This document shows positions 35,753 through 49,621 of a stretch of DNA of 64,000 nt, piece after piece (position 1 is the stretch's first letter; every line of letters starts with the position of its first letter). The notes under the pieces are model-generated. The model ran no database searches, was not told where the DNA came from, and saw only the letters and a program-made list of their open reading frames with translations. The stretch spans positions 154,256,001 through 154,320,000 of the forward strand of contig OZ360225.1 in NCBI GenBank assembly GCA_977017645.1, read 5' to 3'. This DNA comes from Torpedo marmorata. Its lineage: Eukaryota. The position numbers and the translations under genes are program-made.

Positions 35753-38700
35753 TGATGAGCCCATCAATAACTCCAAAAGACTAGAAGTTACACAAGAACT
35801 GAAAGGCTTTTATTAGCAAAAGAATGGAGCTACATTCGTGCTGGTGATCTGTCCCGGACTGGGGGAGGAGTAGTGGCACAATGGCCTTTATTCAGGGGAT
35901 CTGTGGGAGGAGCCACCGGGACAGTCAGCAGGGGCATGTCCAGACCTATCACCCAGCCCACAACCCATACATAGTGGTTTACCACATTCACCCCTCCTTT
36001 TTAAAAGAGTCCAGCGGGGTGAAGGGTATAACAATATTTACAAAGAATTAAAATTACAAATCGAGTCGATCAGGCGGTCGAGTCCATCGCTGCAATCGGC
36101 GCAGTACTTGTGGTGATGGGGCAGGTGGCGGTGCTGCCTCCTGCCTGATCTGTGGTACCGGCACGTCTGGCGATCGCGAAACCTCAGATGAATATGCCGG
36201 TACGTTTGGTGTCGTGTTTGAATTGGGTGGTGCCTCTTGTGTGTCCTTAATGGTAGGTAAGGGGGTAACAGTAACTACGGGGTGTTCGAGGGCAGCGGCG
36301 GGTCCCAGTGCTCCTGCGGGCGCCAGGTCCCGGATGAAGACCGTGTCTTCCCGCCCATCAGGAAAAACCACGTAGGCGTACTGGGGGTTTGCGTGTAATA
36401 ATTGGACCCTCTCGACCATTTATTGCTCCTGACATGTTTCTGGAGCAGCACTGGCCCTGAGGACGTCAGCCATGCTGGTAGGGTAGTCCCGGTGGTCGAC
36501 TTCCTGGGGAAGGAAAAGAGTCTCTCATGAGGTGTAGCATTGGTGGATGTACATAGCAGGGATCGGATGGAGTGGAGTGCCTCGGGAAGGACTTCTTGCC
36601 AGCGGGAGAATGGTAATCCCTTAGACCTGAGGGCTAAGAGTGTGGCTTTCCAGACCGTGGCGTTCTCCCTCTCCACTTGTCCATTACCCCGTGGGTTATA
36701 GCTCGTGGTCCTGCTAGTCGCGATACCCTTGGCCAGCAGGTATTGTCGCAGCTCGTCACTCATAAACGAGGACCCTCGGTCGCTATGGATATAGCAGGGG
36801 TATCCAAACTATGTGAAGAGTTTGCGGAGGGCCTTTATGACTGAGGTGCTAGTGGTATCGGGGCATGGAATGGCAAAAGGGAACCGCGAGTACTCATCAA
36901 TAACGTAGAGGAAGTACACATTACAGTCGGTGGAGGGAAGGGGGCCCTTAAAGTCGACGCTTAGTCGCTCAAATGGGCGGGTTGCTTTTATCAACTGTGC
37001 CTTGTCAGGACGGTAGAAGTGCGGTTTGCACTCCGCGCAGACTTGGCAGCTGCTGGTCATCGTCCTGACCTCTTCCAGGGAGTATGGTAGATTACGGGCT
37101 TTCACAAAGTGAAGAAGCCTGGTGACTCCGGGGTGGCAGAGGTCACAGTGGAGGGCATATAACCGGTCGATCTGTGCGCTAGCGCACGTCCCCCAGGATA
37201 GAGCATCGGAGGGCTCATTGAGCTTCCCGGGCCGGTACATTATATTGTAGTTGTAGGTGGAGAGTTCGATTCTCCACCTCAGGATTTTATCATTTTTGAT
37301 TTTACCCCGCTGCTGGTTGCTGAACATGAATGCGACTGAGCGTTGGTCAGTCAGCAGGGTAAACCTTTTTCTGGCGAGATAGTGCCTCCAGTGCCTGATA
37401 GCTTCCACTATGGCTTGGGCCTCTTTCTCCACCGCCGATTGCCGAATTTCTGGGCCTTGAAGGGTACGGGAGAAGAACGCCACCGGTCTTCCCGCCTGGT
37501 TGAGGGTAGCAGCCAGTGCGAAGTTGGACGCGTCACTCTCTACTTGAAAAGGAGTGGACTCGTCCACCGCGTGCATTGTTGCTCTGGCAATGTCCCCTTT
37601 TATGAGGCTGAAAGCCTCGCGTGCCTCCGTTGCAAGGGGAAAAGTGGTGGACTTGACTAGGGGGCGGGCCTTGTCCGCATAATTAGGGACCCATTGAGCA
37701 TAGTAAGAAAAGAAGCCCAAGCACCTTTTGAGGGCTCTGAGGGCGTGGGGAAGCGGTAGTTCCAACAGGAGGCGCATGCGGTCGGGGTCGGGGCCGATGA
37801 CCCCGTTCTGCACAACACACCCCAGGATAGCGAGTCGGGTGGTTCCGAACACGCACATCCTTGTTATAGGTTAGGTTAAGTGCTTTGGCCGCCTGGAGGA
37901 ACTTCCGAAGATTGTTATCGTGGTCCTGACGGTCGTGACCGCAGATGGTGATGTTATCTAAGTATGGAAAAGTGGCCTTTAATTTGCATTGGTCCACCAT
38001 CCTGTCCATCTCCCTCTGGAAGACGGATACCCCATTTGTGACCCCAAAGGGAACGCGCAGGAAATGATAGAGTCTGCCGTCCGCCTCGAAGGCGGTGTAG
38101 GGGCGGTCTTCCCGGCGAATTGGGAGCTGGTGGTAGGCAGAATTGAGGTCTATGGTGGAGAAAAGCTTATACTGAGCTATCTGGTTCACCATATCTGCAA
38201 TGCGTGTTAGAGGGTACGCGTCTAGCTGTGTGAACCTATTGACGGTCTGACTATAAACTACCACCATCCTGTTTTTGTCCCCGTTCTTGACAACAACCAC
38301 CTGGGCCCTCCAGGGACTTGTGCTCGCCTCGATGATCCCTTCCCCAAGTAACCGCTGCACCTCTGACTTAATGAATGGCCTGTCCCCTGCGCTATATCTC
38401 CTGCTTTTGGTTGCCACAGGTTTACAATCAGGGGTCAGGTTGGCGAATAGCGTTGGGGGCGGGATCTTGAGGGTGGATAGACCGCAAGTAGTATGATGTG
38501 ACAAAATATTTCTGCCGTTTTTAAGAAATTGGTGATTACCGACAGTAATCGGTGGGAGGGGCCCGTCATACTCCATCGTCACACTTTGGAGGTGACTCTG
38601 GAAGTCGAGGCCCAGTAGTACTGGTGCGCACAGTCGGGGCATGACCAATAGCGTGAAGTCCCGGTATTCCGTGTCCTGTACCACTATCGTCGCTACACAA

Positions 38701-40166
38701 CCCCCCCGGATGTTTGTTGTGTGCGACCCGGAAACCATGGCAACCCTCTGGCTTACCGGCTGTGTCGTGAGGCCGCATCGCTGTACCGTGTCAGGGTGGA
38801 TGAAGCTCTCTGTGCTGCCTGTGTCGAACAGGCAGTTTGTCATGTGTCCCTTGACCAGGATGTCCATCATCGACCTCGCGAGTTGGTGGGGTGCACTCTG
38901 GTCGAGTGTAACTGACGCCAACGTTGGGTCGCTGTCTTGATCCGACGGCGCGATGGAGTGCCTGCTGTCCCGCGATAGCGGCACCCTGTGTCGGCTCAAT
39001 GGCGTGGAACAAAATGGCCGCTCCCATGACTCACACGTGTTGGCGGTGGGTAGGTAAGATGGCGGCGACGGAAGTGACGGAACACAAGATGGCCGCCCCC
39101 ATACTTCGCACGTGTTGGCCGCGGGTAGGTAAAATGGCAGAGACGGAAGTGACGACACACAAGATGGCCGCCCCCAAGCCTCGCATGCGGCGCTGGTCGA
39201 TCCCGCTCGCGGTTTTGATCTACAGACCTTAGTGAAGTGGTCTTTCTGCCCGCAGCTGCAGCAGTTCGCTTCTCGGGCCGGGCAACCTTTCAGGGGGTGC
39301 TTCTCAAGCCCGCAGAAATAGCATTTCTCGGACTCGCGGCTGATGGCCGCAGTGGTCGATTCACTGGCATGGTGGGCGACATCCACGGAGCCTGCTGGAG
39401 ATCGCTCGCCTGGATAGCATCCGAGTTCTGTAGCGCACCCTTCAGCGTATCGGCCAGCTCGATCGCGGAATGGAAGGTGACGTCAGCTTGTTCCAGCAGC
39501 CGCTGGTGCACATACACTGACCTGGTCCCCGTAACAAAAGAGTCTCTCACTAGGAGCTCTGCGTGCTGTTTGGCCGTCAGTCCCCGGCAGTCGCACGCCC
39601 GCACAAGTGTTTGTAGGGCCGCTGCTGCCGCGTCACTAGCCTGTGTCTCGCATATACGGTATTCACAGGCCGTATATACTGTCTTTTAAGGGTATTCATC
39701 GCGTCCTCATAAGTCTGCAGATCTCGGATCATAGAGTAGACTCGTGGGCTTACCCTAGAGAGGAGGACCTTGCGTTTTGCGGCGTCTTCTTGCACTTTGA
39801 TCTCCTCCAGGAACGATTCAAAACAGGCTAGCCAGAGTTCGAAGGCATTGCCAGCTTCTGGTGTTTGTGGGTCGAGGTCCAGTTTGTCTGGTCTCAAGAC
39901 ATTCTCCATGTTTACAATTTTGCCAATAAAATTGATTAGCCCATCAATAACTCCAAAAGACTCGAAGTTACACAAGAACTGAAAGGCTTTTATTGGCAAA
40001 AGAATGGAGCTACATTCGTGCTGGTGATCTGTCCCGGACTGGGGGAGGAGTAGTGGCACAATGGCCTTTATTCAGGGGGTCTGTGGGAGGAGCCACTGGG
40101 ACAGTCAGCAGGGGCATGTCCAGACCTATCTCCCAGCCCACAAGCCATACATAGTGGTTTACCACA
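35753..40166 (-). mobile_element. Gypsy LTR retrotransposon copy 2 (4414 bp)
   Basis: LTRs at 39933-40166 (5') and 35753-35986 (3'), 234 bp each with 7 differences; TSD GGTAT (35748-35752, 40167-40171); polypurine tract. Confidence 0.97.
36054..39909 (-). pseudogene. Gag-Pol of Gypsy copy 2, frameshifted
   Basis: ORF pieces at 39577-39909, 39290-39604, 37683-39386, 36809-37858, 36275-36763 and 36054-36419 match copy 1. Confidence 0.92.
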
Positions 40167-41275
40167 GGTATCGTCAGTGAATTTGTAGATGGTGTTGTTG
40201 TCATACTGAGCCACACAGTCATAGGTGTAAAGTGAGTAGAGCAGGGGGCTAAGAATGCAGCCCTGTGGTGCTCCAGTACTGATGGAGATTGTGGAGGAGA
40301 TGTTCTTACCAATCCTCACTGATTGTGGTCTCGAGGTGAGGAAATCAAGGTTCCAATTGCACAGTGAGGTGTTGAGTCCTAGGTCTTGAAGTTTGCTGAT
40401 CAATTTTGAGGGGATGTTGGTGTCAAATGCCAAACTGTTGTCAATAATGAGCATCCTGATGTATGCATCTTTACTGTCCAGGTGTTCCAGGGATTTGTGT
40501 AGAGCCAGTGAGATAGCATCCGCCGTAAACCTGTTGCTACGATAGGTGAATTGGAACGGATCCATGTCACCCCTCAGACAGGAGCTGATATGCTTCAACA
40601 CCCGCCTTTCAAAACACTTCATCACTGTTGATGTGAGTGCCACTGATCGATAGTCATTTAGGCAGCTTACCACACTCTTTTTGGGCACCGGTATGATTGA
40701 CTCCTGTTTGAAACAGGTGGGTACCACGCCCTGCCGGAGTGAGATGCTGAAGATATCCGTGAATACGTTGGTAAGTTGGTCTGCACAGATTTTTAATACT
40801 CGGCCGGATACTCTGTCCAGACTGGATGCTTTCCTTGGATTCACTCTCCTGAAGGCAGCCCGCACATCATTCTCGGATATGGACAGGAGATGATCATCAG
40901 GGGACGTGAGAGTGCGCAGTGGTGGTTCTTTCTTGTTCTTGTAGTTGAATCTGACATAGAAGGCATTGAGTTCATCTGGGAGTGAAGCTTTGCTGTCTCC
41001 TACTGCACTGGATTTGGTTTTGTTGCAGGTTATGTCATTTAGGCCCTGCCACAGCTGTTGGGTATCCTTCGTTGTTTCCCATTCCCATTAGCCCATCCTC
41101 TCCCTCTATTTACACAGTATAGTGACTTGGATATATTTGCATGTTTGTTCATTTGTACCTGTTTAAAATACTGAAGTCATATGTAACAATGGACATATCA
41201 CTTAAAGAAGTTGATCCATTACTACATTGCTAAGATCGATGACGGATAGGCAATAAATTCCAGTCTTCCATCCAA

Positions 41276-41359
41276 ACACACACACACACACACACTCACT
41301 CACTCACTCACTCACTCACTCACTCACTCACTCACTCACTCACACACACACACACACAC
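41276..41359. repeat. Compound microsatellite (CA)n(CACT)n(CA)n
   Basis: Read directly from the sequence. Confidence 0.95.
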
Positions 41360-41399
41360 CATCTCTTTAAAAATGCATGAAGAATTGCAATTAACCAAA

Positions 41400-42665
41400 T
41401 GAATTAACACATACCTAAGCAAAGATCTGGACCCACTACAATTCGCCTATCGTCACAATCGCTCCACAGCAGATGCAATATCACTGGCTCTCCACTCAGC
41501 TCTGGATCACCTCGAAAACTGCAATTCATACATACGGCTGCTCTTCATCGACTATAGCTCGGCCTTCAATACCATTATTCCCTCAGTGCTGGTCAAGAAG
41601 CTACAAACTCTAGGCCTCTGTACCCCACTCTGCAACTGGATCCTTGACTTTCTCATCGGAAGACCACAGTCAGTACAAATTAGAAACAACGTCTCCTCCT
41701 CACTGATTATCAACACAGGTACACCCCAAGGATGCGTGCTTAGCCCACTGCTCTACTCGTTATACACCCATGACTGTGTGGCCAGGCACAATTCCAATGC
41801 CATCTACAAATTTGCTGATGACACCACAGTTGTTGGCTTGATCACAAACGGCAATGAGGAAGCGTACAGGAGGGAGATAGATCAGCTCATTGAATGGTGT
41901 AACGACAACAACCTTGCGCTCAATGTCAGAAAAACCAAGAAGATGATTATGGACTTCAGGAGGAAGTCAGGGACACATGACCCAGTCCTCATCGAGGGCT
42001 CAGTAGTGGAGAGGGTCAAGAACTTCAAATTCCTGGGTGTCAACATCTCCAAGGATCTGTCCTGGAGCCTTCACGTTGATGCAATCACAAAGAAGGCTCG
42101 TCAGCGGCTATACTTTGTGAGGTGTCTGAGGAGATTCGGTATGTCACCGAAGACTCTCATAAGCTTCTACAGGTGTACCGTGGAGAGCATTCTGGCTGGT
42201 TGCATCACTGCCTGGTATGGAGGCGCCAACTCTCAGGACAAGAATAAACTCTAGAGGGTTGTTAACTCGTCCTGTGACATCACAGGCACCAGACTTCACT
42301 CCATCGCGGACATCTACATGAGGCGATGTCTTAAAAAAGCAGCCTCTGTCCTCAAGGACCCCCACCACCCAGGCCATGCCCTTTTCACTCTGCTTCCATC
42401 GGGAAAAAGGTACAGGAGCCTAAAGACGAGCACTCAACGGCACAAGGATAGCTTCTTCCCCGCTGCCATCAAATTCCTGAATAATCAATGAACCAAAGAC
42501 ACTGCCTTACTTTTCGTGCACTATTGTTTATATATATTTTTTTATAGTAATGTCGTAAGATGGTTATAATATGAATGTTTTCACTATGATGCTGCTGCAA
42601 AACACTGAATTTCATGACTTGTTCATGACAATAAATTCTGATTCTGATTCTGATTCTGATTCTGA
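41400..42665 (+). mobile_element. Rex1/Babar-type LINE 3' part
   Basis: ORF 41586-42254 with [13 protein letters not shown] and [10 protein letters not shown]; (ATTCTG)n tail. Confidence 0.93.
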
Positions 42666-44180
42666 ATACTTGTATATTATACAGTGTGAAAGACCTTTCA
42701 GATAACTAAATGCATAAGAAGTGTTTCTAAACAAGAAAAAAATAGATGAATAATTTTGAGATAAAATGAAGAACAGTAATGAAAACAAAGATAGCATGGG
42801 TGATAATGTGCTTGGTAGTTTGAAAGTTTGCAGTCATGAAACCAATCTGTAATAACCTGAGTGAAAGGTAAACATGCATAGAAGTCAACATTAGACCAGA
42901 CATGTCACTCAGTTAAATCAAATGCAAATAAGTTCTTTTATCTAAATCACTTGAAGATACCAAAGGCAGATTTACAAACACACTCAGGGAGTAAGGTGGC
43001 TGCTGTTTGCAATGACTCTGAATGTCCAGCTGTGCAAACAAGAGCAATAAAAAAATCCATGATGTTTGGCAAAGATAGTTTACAATGGTGTGCAAATTTG
43101 AATGATATTAATTTCCTCCAGTTGACAAGAATAAAGCTGCTGGAAAGACAAGAAAAATGTATTTTGAGAGGAAAGGCAAAAATGCAAGCAATAATGAAAA
43201 AAAACCCAATATGTTATATACTTTGTCCAAATTAAATATGCTACATCTTGTTTCCCCTGAATGAGGGAAGAGTGCACAGAAGAGTGAAGAGAATAGAAGA
43301 GTGCGGTAATTATTCCTAGGGTCAATTCAATTGGTGCAGTCCACATCTATCAATATGGCATAATCTCTGTTATTTCCATATTTTATGTGCATTTTATGTG
43401 GTGCCTTAGCATTCAATAAGGTGCTGCATAAAGACTTATCTATAAGGTAATGATGTATGAAATTGGAGGTAATGTATTGGCATGGATAAAGGATTGGTTA
43501 GCCAAGAAAAGGCTGAGAGTTGGGATAAATGGGTGTTTCTCTGGTTGGCAATCGGTGTTGAGCAGAGTACCACAGAGATTGGTGTGAGGCCTGCAACTGT
43601 TCACACTTAGGAAGAGGGGACTAAGTGTAGCATATCTAAATTTGCTGATAACATTAAATTGAGTGGAAAAGCAAAATGTGCAGAGAATACTGAGAGTGTG
43701 CAGAGTGATATAAGATAGGTTAATAGAGTGGGCAAGTTTCTGGCAGTTGGAGTACAATGTTGGTAAATTCAAGGTCATCAAATTTGGAAGAAAAAATAGC
43801 AGCTCACATTATTATTTAAATGGTAAAAGATTGCACTCTGCTGTTGGGCAGAGGGAATTGGGAGTGCTTGTGTATGAATCATAAAAGATTTTTTTTTTAA
43901 ATAATTTTATTTAAATTTTTAAAATCACAAAATACATAAATCAAAAATACTATATCATTCCAAATACATGTGATATATTTCCTCCCCCCTCCCACCCTCC
44001 CCTCCCCAACCCCCCCAGCACTATTCTAAAAAATAAAAAAAAATTAGTTATAAAGAAAAAAAAAGAAAAGAATTGAATAATAAAGAATTAAAGAATTAAA
44101 GTGAGGAGAAAACAAATTACAAGCTAAATCTATTTATATATTGGAGGTTCGTTTTGCCAGCGGCACCGACTTCTAGAGAA

Positions 44181-47100
44181 TTAATTCATACCCATAATTC
44201 TCATATATGGGCTCCAAATTTTCAAAAAGAAATGGTATTTATTACGTAAATTATATGTAATTTTTTCCAATGGTATACAAGAACGTAATTCTGCATGTAA
44301 TCTATCTAAATTCAAATCTAAATCTGATTTCCAAGTAATAGCAATACATTTTTTTGAAACCGCTAAAACAATTCGCAAAAATTCTATTTGATACATATTC
44401 AATCTATTTCTAATACTAAATTTTTTAATATCTCCAAATAAAAATAACATAGGGTCCATTGGAACCGTAATATTAAAAATTCTATCCAAAAAATCTTTAA
44501 ATTTAGACCAAAAGTCTTGAATTTTTGAACATGACCATGTACAGTGTACAAAAGAACCTATTTCATCCTTACATCTAAAACACATATCTGATAATGCCGG
44601 ATTAAATTTCTTTAATTTTTTAGGTGTTAAATATAATTGATGAAAAAAATTATATTGTACTAATCTATACCTAACATTAATAATTTTAGTCATACTCAAT
44701 TTACATAAATCTTTCCAATGTTTTTCATCTATATTAATATTTAAGTCTAATTCCCAACTTAATCTTGATTTATGTAATCCTACCTTAGGCATTTTTCTCT
44801 GAAGTAATTTATACATTTGTGATATAAATTTGTTAACATTTCCATTAGTGATTAATAATTCTAATCCATCCTGTCTTGGAGCTATTAATTGATTCCCCAA
44901 TTTCTCAACTAAAAATCCTCTAACCTGATAATAAGCCAAAATTGTATTATCCAATATTCCAAATTTTTCTTTCAACCTGGAAAATGTAACAAATCTTCCA
45001 GCCTCAAAACAATCTTTAATCTTCTTAATTCCTTTTTGAAACCATAATTTTAAAAATTGATTATCAATAGAAAAAGGTAATAATAAATTCTGATACAGTG
45101 GCATATTTGGAGATAATAACCCTTTTCGTCCTATCTCATTGTCTAACTGAGTCCAAATTTCCAACAAATGTTTAATAATCGGTGAATTTTTCTTTTTAAC
45201 TAATAATAATTTAGAATTCCATTTATAAATAATATCTTCTTTATATCTCTCCCCTATATTATTCAATTCTATATTAATCCAAGCAGTAGATTTAGTTAAA
45301 TCAAAAAATTCATTAATAAATTTTAATTGAGCTGCCTTGTAATAATATAAAAAATTGGGGAGTTGTAATCCACCCATCTCGTAATTCCAAGTTAATCTAT
45401 CCATACTTACTCTCGCTAATTTTCCCTTCCATAAAAATTTCCTAATAATAATTTTTAAATCTTTAAAAAATTTTGAGGAATTCCAAAAGGAATAGATTGA
45501 AAAAGGTATTGAACTCTTGGAAAAATATTCATTTTAATACAATTCACTCTTCCCATTAAAGTTATAGGTAAATCTTTCCAATTCTCCAAATCTTTCTTTA
45601 TTTTCTGAAATAAAGGTATATAATTTAATTTATATAAATTTTCCAATTTTGTATCTACTTTAACTCCCAAATATTTAATTCCTTCTTTAGCCTATTTAAA
45701 TCCTGTGACTTCTTTGCATTTAGTATAATCTCCTTGAGATAAAGCCATTATTTCACTCTTATCTGAATTTATTTTATAACCAGATATCTCACCATACTCC
45801 CTCAATATCCTAGCTAATTGTTGAAGCGATGCAATAGATTTCATCATATATATTAATACATCATCTGCAAATAAACTAATTTTATGCTCTTCTGTACCTA
45901 CTTTAATCCCATTTATATTAATATCTTTCCTAATCATTTCAGCCAACGGTTCTATTGCCAATACAAATAAAGCAGGTGATAAAGGGCATCCTTGTCTTGT
46001 TGACCTCATCAAGGGGAATTTAGATGATATCTGACCATTTGTAATTACTCTAGCTGTAGGTTCTTTATATATAGTTTTAATCCAATTTATAAAAGTATTC
46101 CCAAATCCATATTTCTCTAAAACCTTAAATAAAAAATTCCATTCTAATCTATCAAATGCTTTTTCTGCGTCTAATGTTATCACCAACGGCAAATCTTGTT
46201 TCCTTTTTTGCAAATTAATTAAACTTATTAATCTTGCTATATTATCCTTCGAATATCTATTTTTAATAAATCCTGCTTGATCTGAATGTATTAAAATCGG
46301 TAAATACTTAGCTAATCTATTTGTCCAAATTTTTGCCATTAATTTATAATCTACATTCAATAATGATATAGGTCTGTATGACTCAGTTTTTAATACATCT
46401 CTATCTTTCTTTGGTATAACTAATAATAGCATTCAAAAAAGTTTTCGGTAATAAATGAGTTTCCTTAATTTGAGTCAATATTTCCATATATATAGGTATC
46501 AATAAATCTTTAAACTCCTTATAAAACTCTATCGGAAATCCATCATCACCAGGAGATTTACCACTTTTCAATGTCGATAAAGCTTCAACTACTTCTCTCA
46601 TTGTAATAGGTAAATCTAACATATCTCTATTAAAATTATTTAATTTAGGTAATGTAATTTTGGATAAAAATCTATTAATTTTTGTATCATCATGATCAAT
46701 CTGAGAGGTATATAAATTCTGATAATATTCTCTGAAAGATTCATTTATTTCCTGAGGTTTATAAGTTATTTCACCAGTACTTTTTTTATAGCATTTATAG
46801 TTTTAGAAACTTGTTCTTTTTTTAATTGCCATGCTAGAACTTTATGTGCTCTTTCTCCTAATTCATAATATCTTTGTTTCGTTCTACCAATTAATTTTTC
46901 TATTTTTCGAGTTTGTAATATATTATAATGCAATTTTTTCCTAATTAAACGTTGTCTCCTAAAAATTGTTTTATTTCTTTGAAAATCTTTCTCCATAAAT
47001 TCAATCTCCCTTTCCAATTTTCCTTCTTCTTTCAAATAATCTTTTCTAATTTTTGCCGAAAAACTTATTATCAAACCTCTTAAATAAGCTTTTAAAGATT

Positions 47101-47962
47101 CCCAAATTATAAATTTATCATTAACCGAATTATTATTAATTCTTAAAAATTCCTGAATTTCTTTTCTTATATATTCACAAAAGTCTTTTCTATTTAATAA
47201 AGAAGAATCTAATCTCCAATTATATACAGTTTTTTCTTTCTCTGGAATTATACACGTCATCAATAAAGGTGAATGATCTGAAATTATTCTTGCTTTATAA
47301 GATATTTGAGTTACTCTATCCTGAATTTGTGAAAATCTCAAAAACAAATCAATCCTAGAAAATGAGTTATGTCTAAAAGAATAAAATGAATAATCTTTTT
47401 CTCTAGGGTTTAATTTCCTCCAGATATCTACCAGATTCAAATCTTCCATTAAATTAATAATTCTTTTGACTATTTTAGGTCTAGCAAATGTTCTAGTAGT
47501 TCTATCCATGTTCGCATTTAAACAACAATTAAAATCTCCACCAATTAAAATATTTTCCTTAGCCTCAGATAAATGTAAAAAAGCATCTTGAATAAACTGT
47601 TCGTCATCCGGATTTGTAACATATAAATTTTAAAAAGTCCATATTTCTGAATAAATTTGACAATGTATTAAAACATATCTACCAGCTACATCAGTCACTA
47701 CTGATTGTATTTTAAATGGTAATTTTTTATTAACTAAAATCACTACACCTCTCGCTTTAGAATTAAAAGATGAAGCTACTACATGTCCCACCCATTCTCT
47801 TTTTAACTTTTGATGTTCCTTATCAATCAAATGTGTTTCTTGTAAAAAAGCTATATCTACTTTCAATTTCTTAATATATGCCAAAGTTTTTTTCCTCTTA
47901 ATTGGATTATTAAGACCATTAACATTAATACTTACAAAATTTATACTTCTAGAATCCACCAT
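44181..47962 (-). pseudogene. L1 ORF2 (APE endonuclease, RT, Cys-rich C-terminus), disrupted
   Basis: NVNGLN, LQETH, ISDH, YRPISLLN, LDAEKAFD, RQGCPLSP, LFADD and CFRC...HCTWSC in several frames. Confidence 0.93.
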
Positions 47963-48083
47963 AAATAAACTTTAGACATTCTCTATCTGTCAGATCCGCT
48001 AGCATTTCCCTCCTAATCTGTTGACCACATATTTTCTCCTCAAATAGAATAGAAAACCAGAAAAGTAAGAAAAAATACCCCAT

Positions 48084-48203
48084 AAAAAACACCGGATTAT
48101 GTACCCCAGTGTCACCCCCCTCCGTCGTTCGAGAAGCGGCTCTCACCGCTAAGGTGGTGATGGTTTCGGAAAAAGTTCCAATGAGTCCACCTCCCCCCAA
48201 CAG
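48084..48203 (-). ncRNA. Putative structured RNA in the L1 inter-ORF spacer (second copy)
   Basis: Covaries with 27891-28014. Confidence 0.55.
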
Positions 48204-48226
48204 ATAATTATTTATACAGCTTATAT

Positions 48227-49621
48227 TCAATTAACTCCTCCCAAATCTTCACGTTCTCCTTCAGCTTGAACCAGAACAGCTTCTCCAGTTATCGAACCAG
48301 GTATCTCGATATCCAGACTTGTCTGACCTTCTTGCTTTTGTTGATCAGAGACCAAAGGAAACTTTCTTCTCAGACGCGGAAGATTTCTTGCATGAAAGAG
48401 AGCTTGCTCAGGATCCATAAATAGTAAAGAATTCTCACCATCATTTTGAATCCTCAAAATCGCCGGATACTTAAACGAAAATTTATAACCTTTATCCCAC
48501 AGTACTGCCTTTGCAGGATTAAATTCTTTACGTTGTTTGACCACCATAGGACTTAAATCAGGATAGAAGAAAACTCTACTGTCTTGAATCATCATCGGAG
48601 CCCCGTGATCCCGTGCATGTTGGATCGCTGATCTTAAAATTTTCTCTCTATCTTGATACCTTAAACACTTTATCAAGATTGGACGCGGTCTCCGATCTAG
48701 CTGATTTCTTCTTCCAATCCTATGGGCTCGCTCAAGCTCCACTGATTGGTCAAAATCGAAAATCTGTTTCAACCAATCTTGAAAAAATTGAGTTGTATCT
48801 AAAGTTTCAATATTTTCAGGTAGTCCCAATATTTTCACATTATTTCTGCGACTTTGATTCTCCATCTGATCTATCTTCTGTATTAATTGATCTCTTTGCT
48901 TTTCCCAACCAACAAAAGTATCTTCCATTTTATCCACTCTATCTCTACAGTCTTCAACTTCATGCTTGTTACTTTCAACTTCCTCTTCTATTTTCTTAAC
49001 TCTGACATCTACTTTACCTATAATATTTTCCATTTTTCCCATGTTCTGTTTCATTTCTGTAAATTCATCTTGTATTTTTTGTTCAAGCTTACCAATAGCC
49101 ATATTAAGTTTTACTTCCATTTTTCCTTCTAATTTAACAATAGCTTGTAAAATACTCTCTTGGCTGTTTTTTACTAACCAGAGTTCTCTCAGTACTTCAT
49201 CCTGGTAAGTATCATATTCTTCAATGTCTTCTCCTTCCAGCTGGCTATCTTCTTTCTCCCCTTCTGATTCTGACGATGATTTAGGCTTCCCAGCCTGTAG
49301 TTTAGTCTGGGGAGCCTCCGTTGACGTCATCCTGGCCTCCTCAAGTTGGCTTTCCAAATCGGAAATCCTGCGCATGCGCGTTTGTTCATCTGTTCTTCTT
49401 GTAGTTTTAGGTCGGGCGCCGGCGCCATCTTCCGCAGCTCCCTGCGGAGGTAGCGTCGGCGTTCCCGACTCACTAGAACGTCGTCCATATCGCTTACCGG
49501 GCTTCACCAGTAAGGCAGTCCCAGGCTCCATCTCTAAGGTAGGCCTCTTTTCTTCTTGTAGTAGAACTGTCTGTATCATAGGTTTTTTAACTTTCTGGTC
49601 CTTCGTTTTTCTACCAGCCAT
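48227..49621 (-). CDS. L1 ORF1p, intact 464-aa reading frame
   Basis: Coiled-coil region, RRNNVKILGLPE, ERAHR, YPDLS and YPA motifs. Confidence 0.9.
   Translation of the reverse strand: MAGRKTKDQKVKKPMIQTVLLQEEKRPTLEMEPGTALLVKPGKRYGRRSSESGTPTLPPQGAAEDGAGARPKTTRRTDEQTRMRRISDLESQLEEARMTSTEAPQTKLQAGKPKSSSESEGEKEDSQLEGEDIEEYDTYQDEVLRELWLVKNSQESILQAIVKLEGKMEVKLNMAIGKLEQKIQDEFTEMKQNMGKMENIIGKVDVRVKKIEEEVESNKHEVEDCRDRVDKMEDTFVGWEKQRDQLIQKIDQMENQSRRNNVKILGLPENIETLDTTQFFQDWLKQIFDFDQSVELERAHRIGRRNQLDRRPRPILIKCLRYQDREKILRSAIQHARDHGAPMMIQDSRVFFYPDLSPMVVKQRKEFNPAKAVLWDKGYKFSFKYPAILRIQNDGENSLLFMDPEQALFHARNLPRLRRKFPLVSDQQKQEGQTSLDIEIPGSITGEAVLVQAEGEREDLGGVN

Larger units (their letters stand above)
35332..41085 (-). 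mobile_element. Rex1-type LINE interrupted by Gypsy copy 2
   Basis: YKFTDDT at 40167 onward continues as TVVGCIK below 35752. Confidence 0.92.

Noticed and set aside
15265-40166. The two opposite-orientation Gypsy copies as a segmental inverted duplication or inversion
   Set aside because: Each has its own matching TSD and a different host element
42951-43235. 94-aa ORF in non-repeat DNA
   Set aside because: No recognisable motif, non-ATG start and no convincing splice signals
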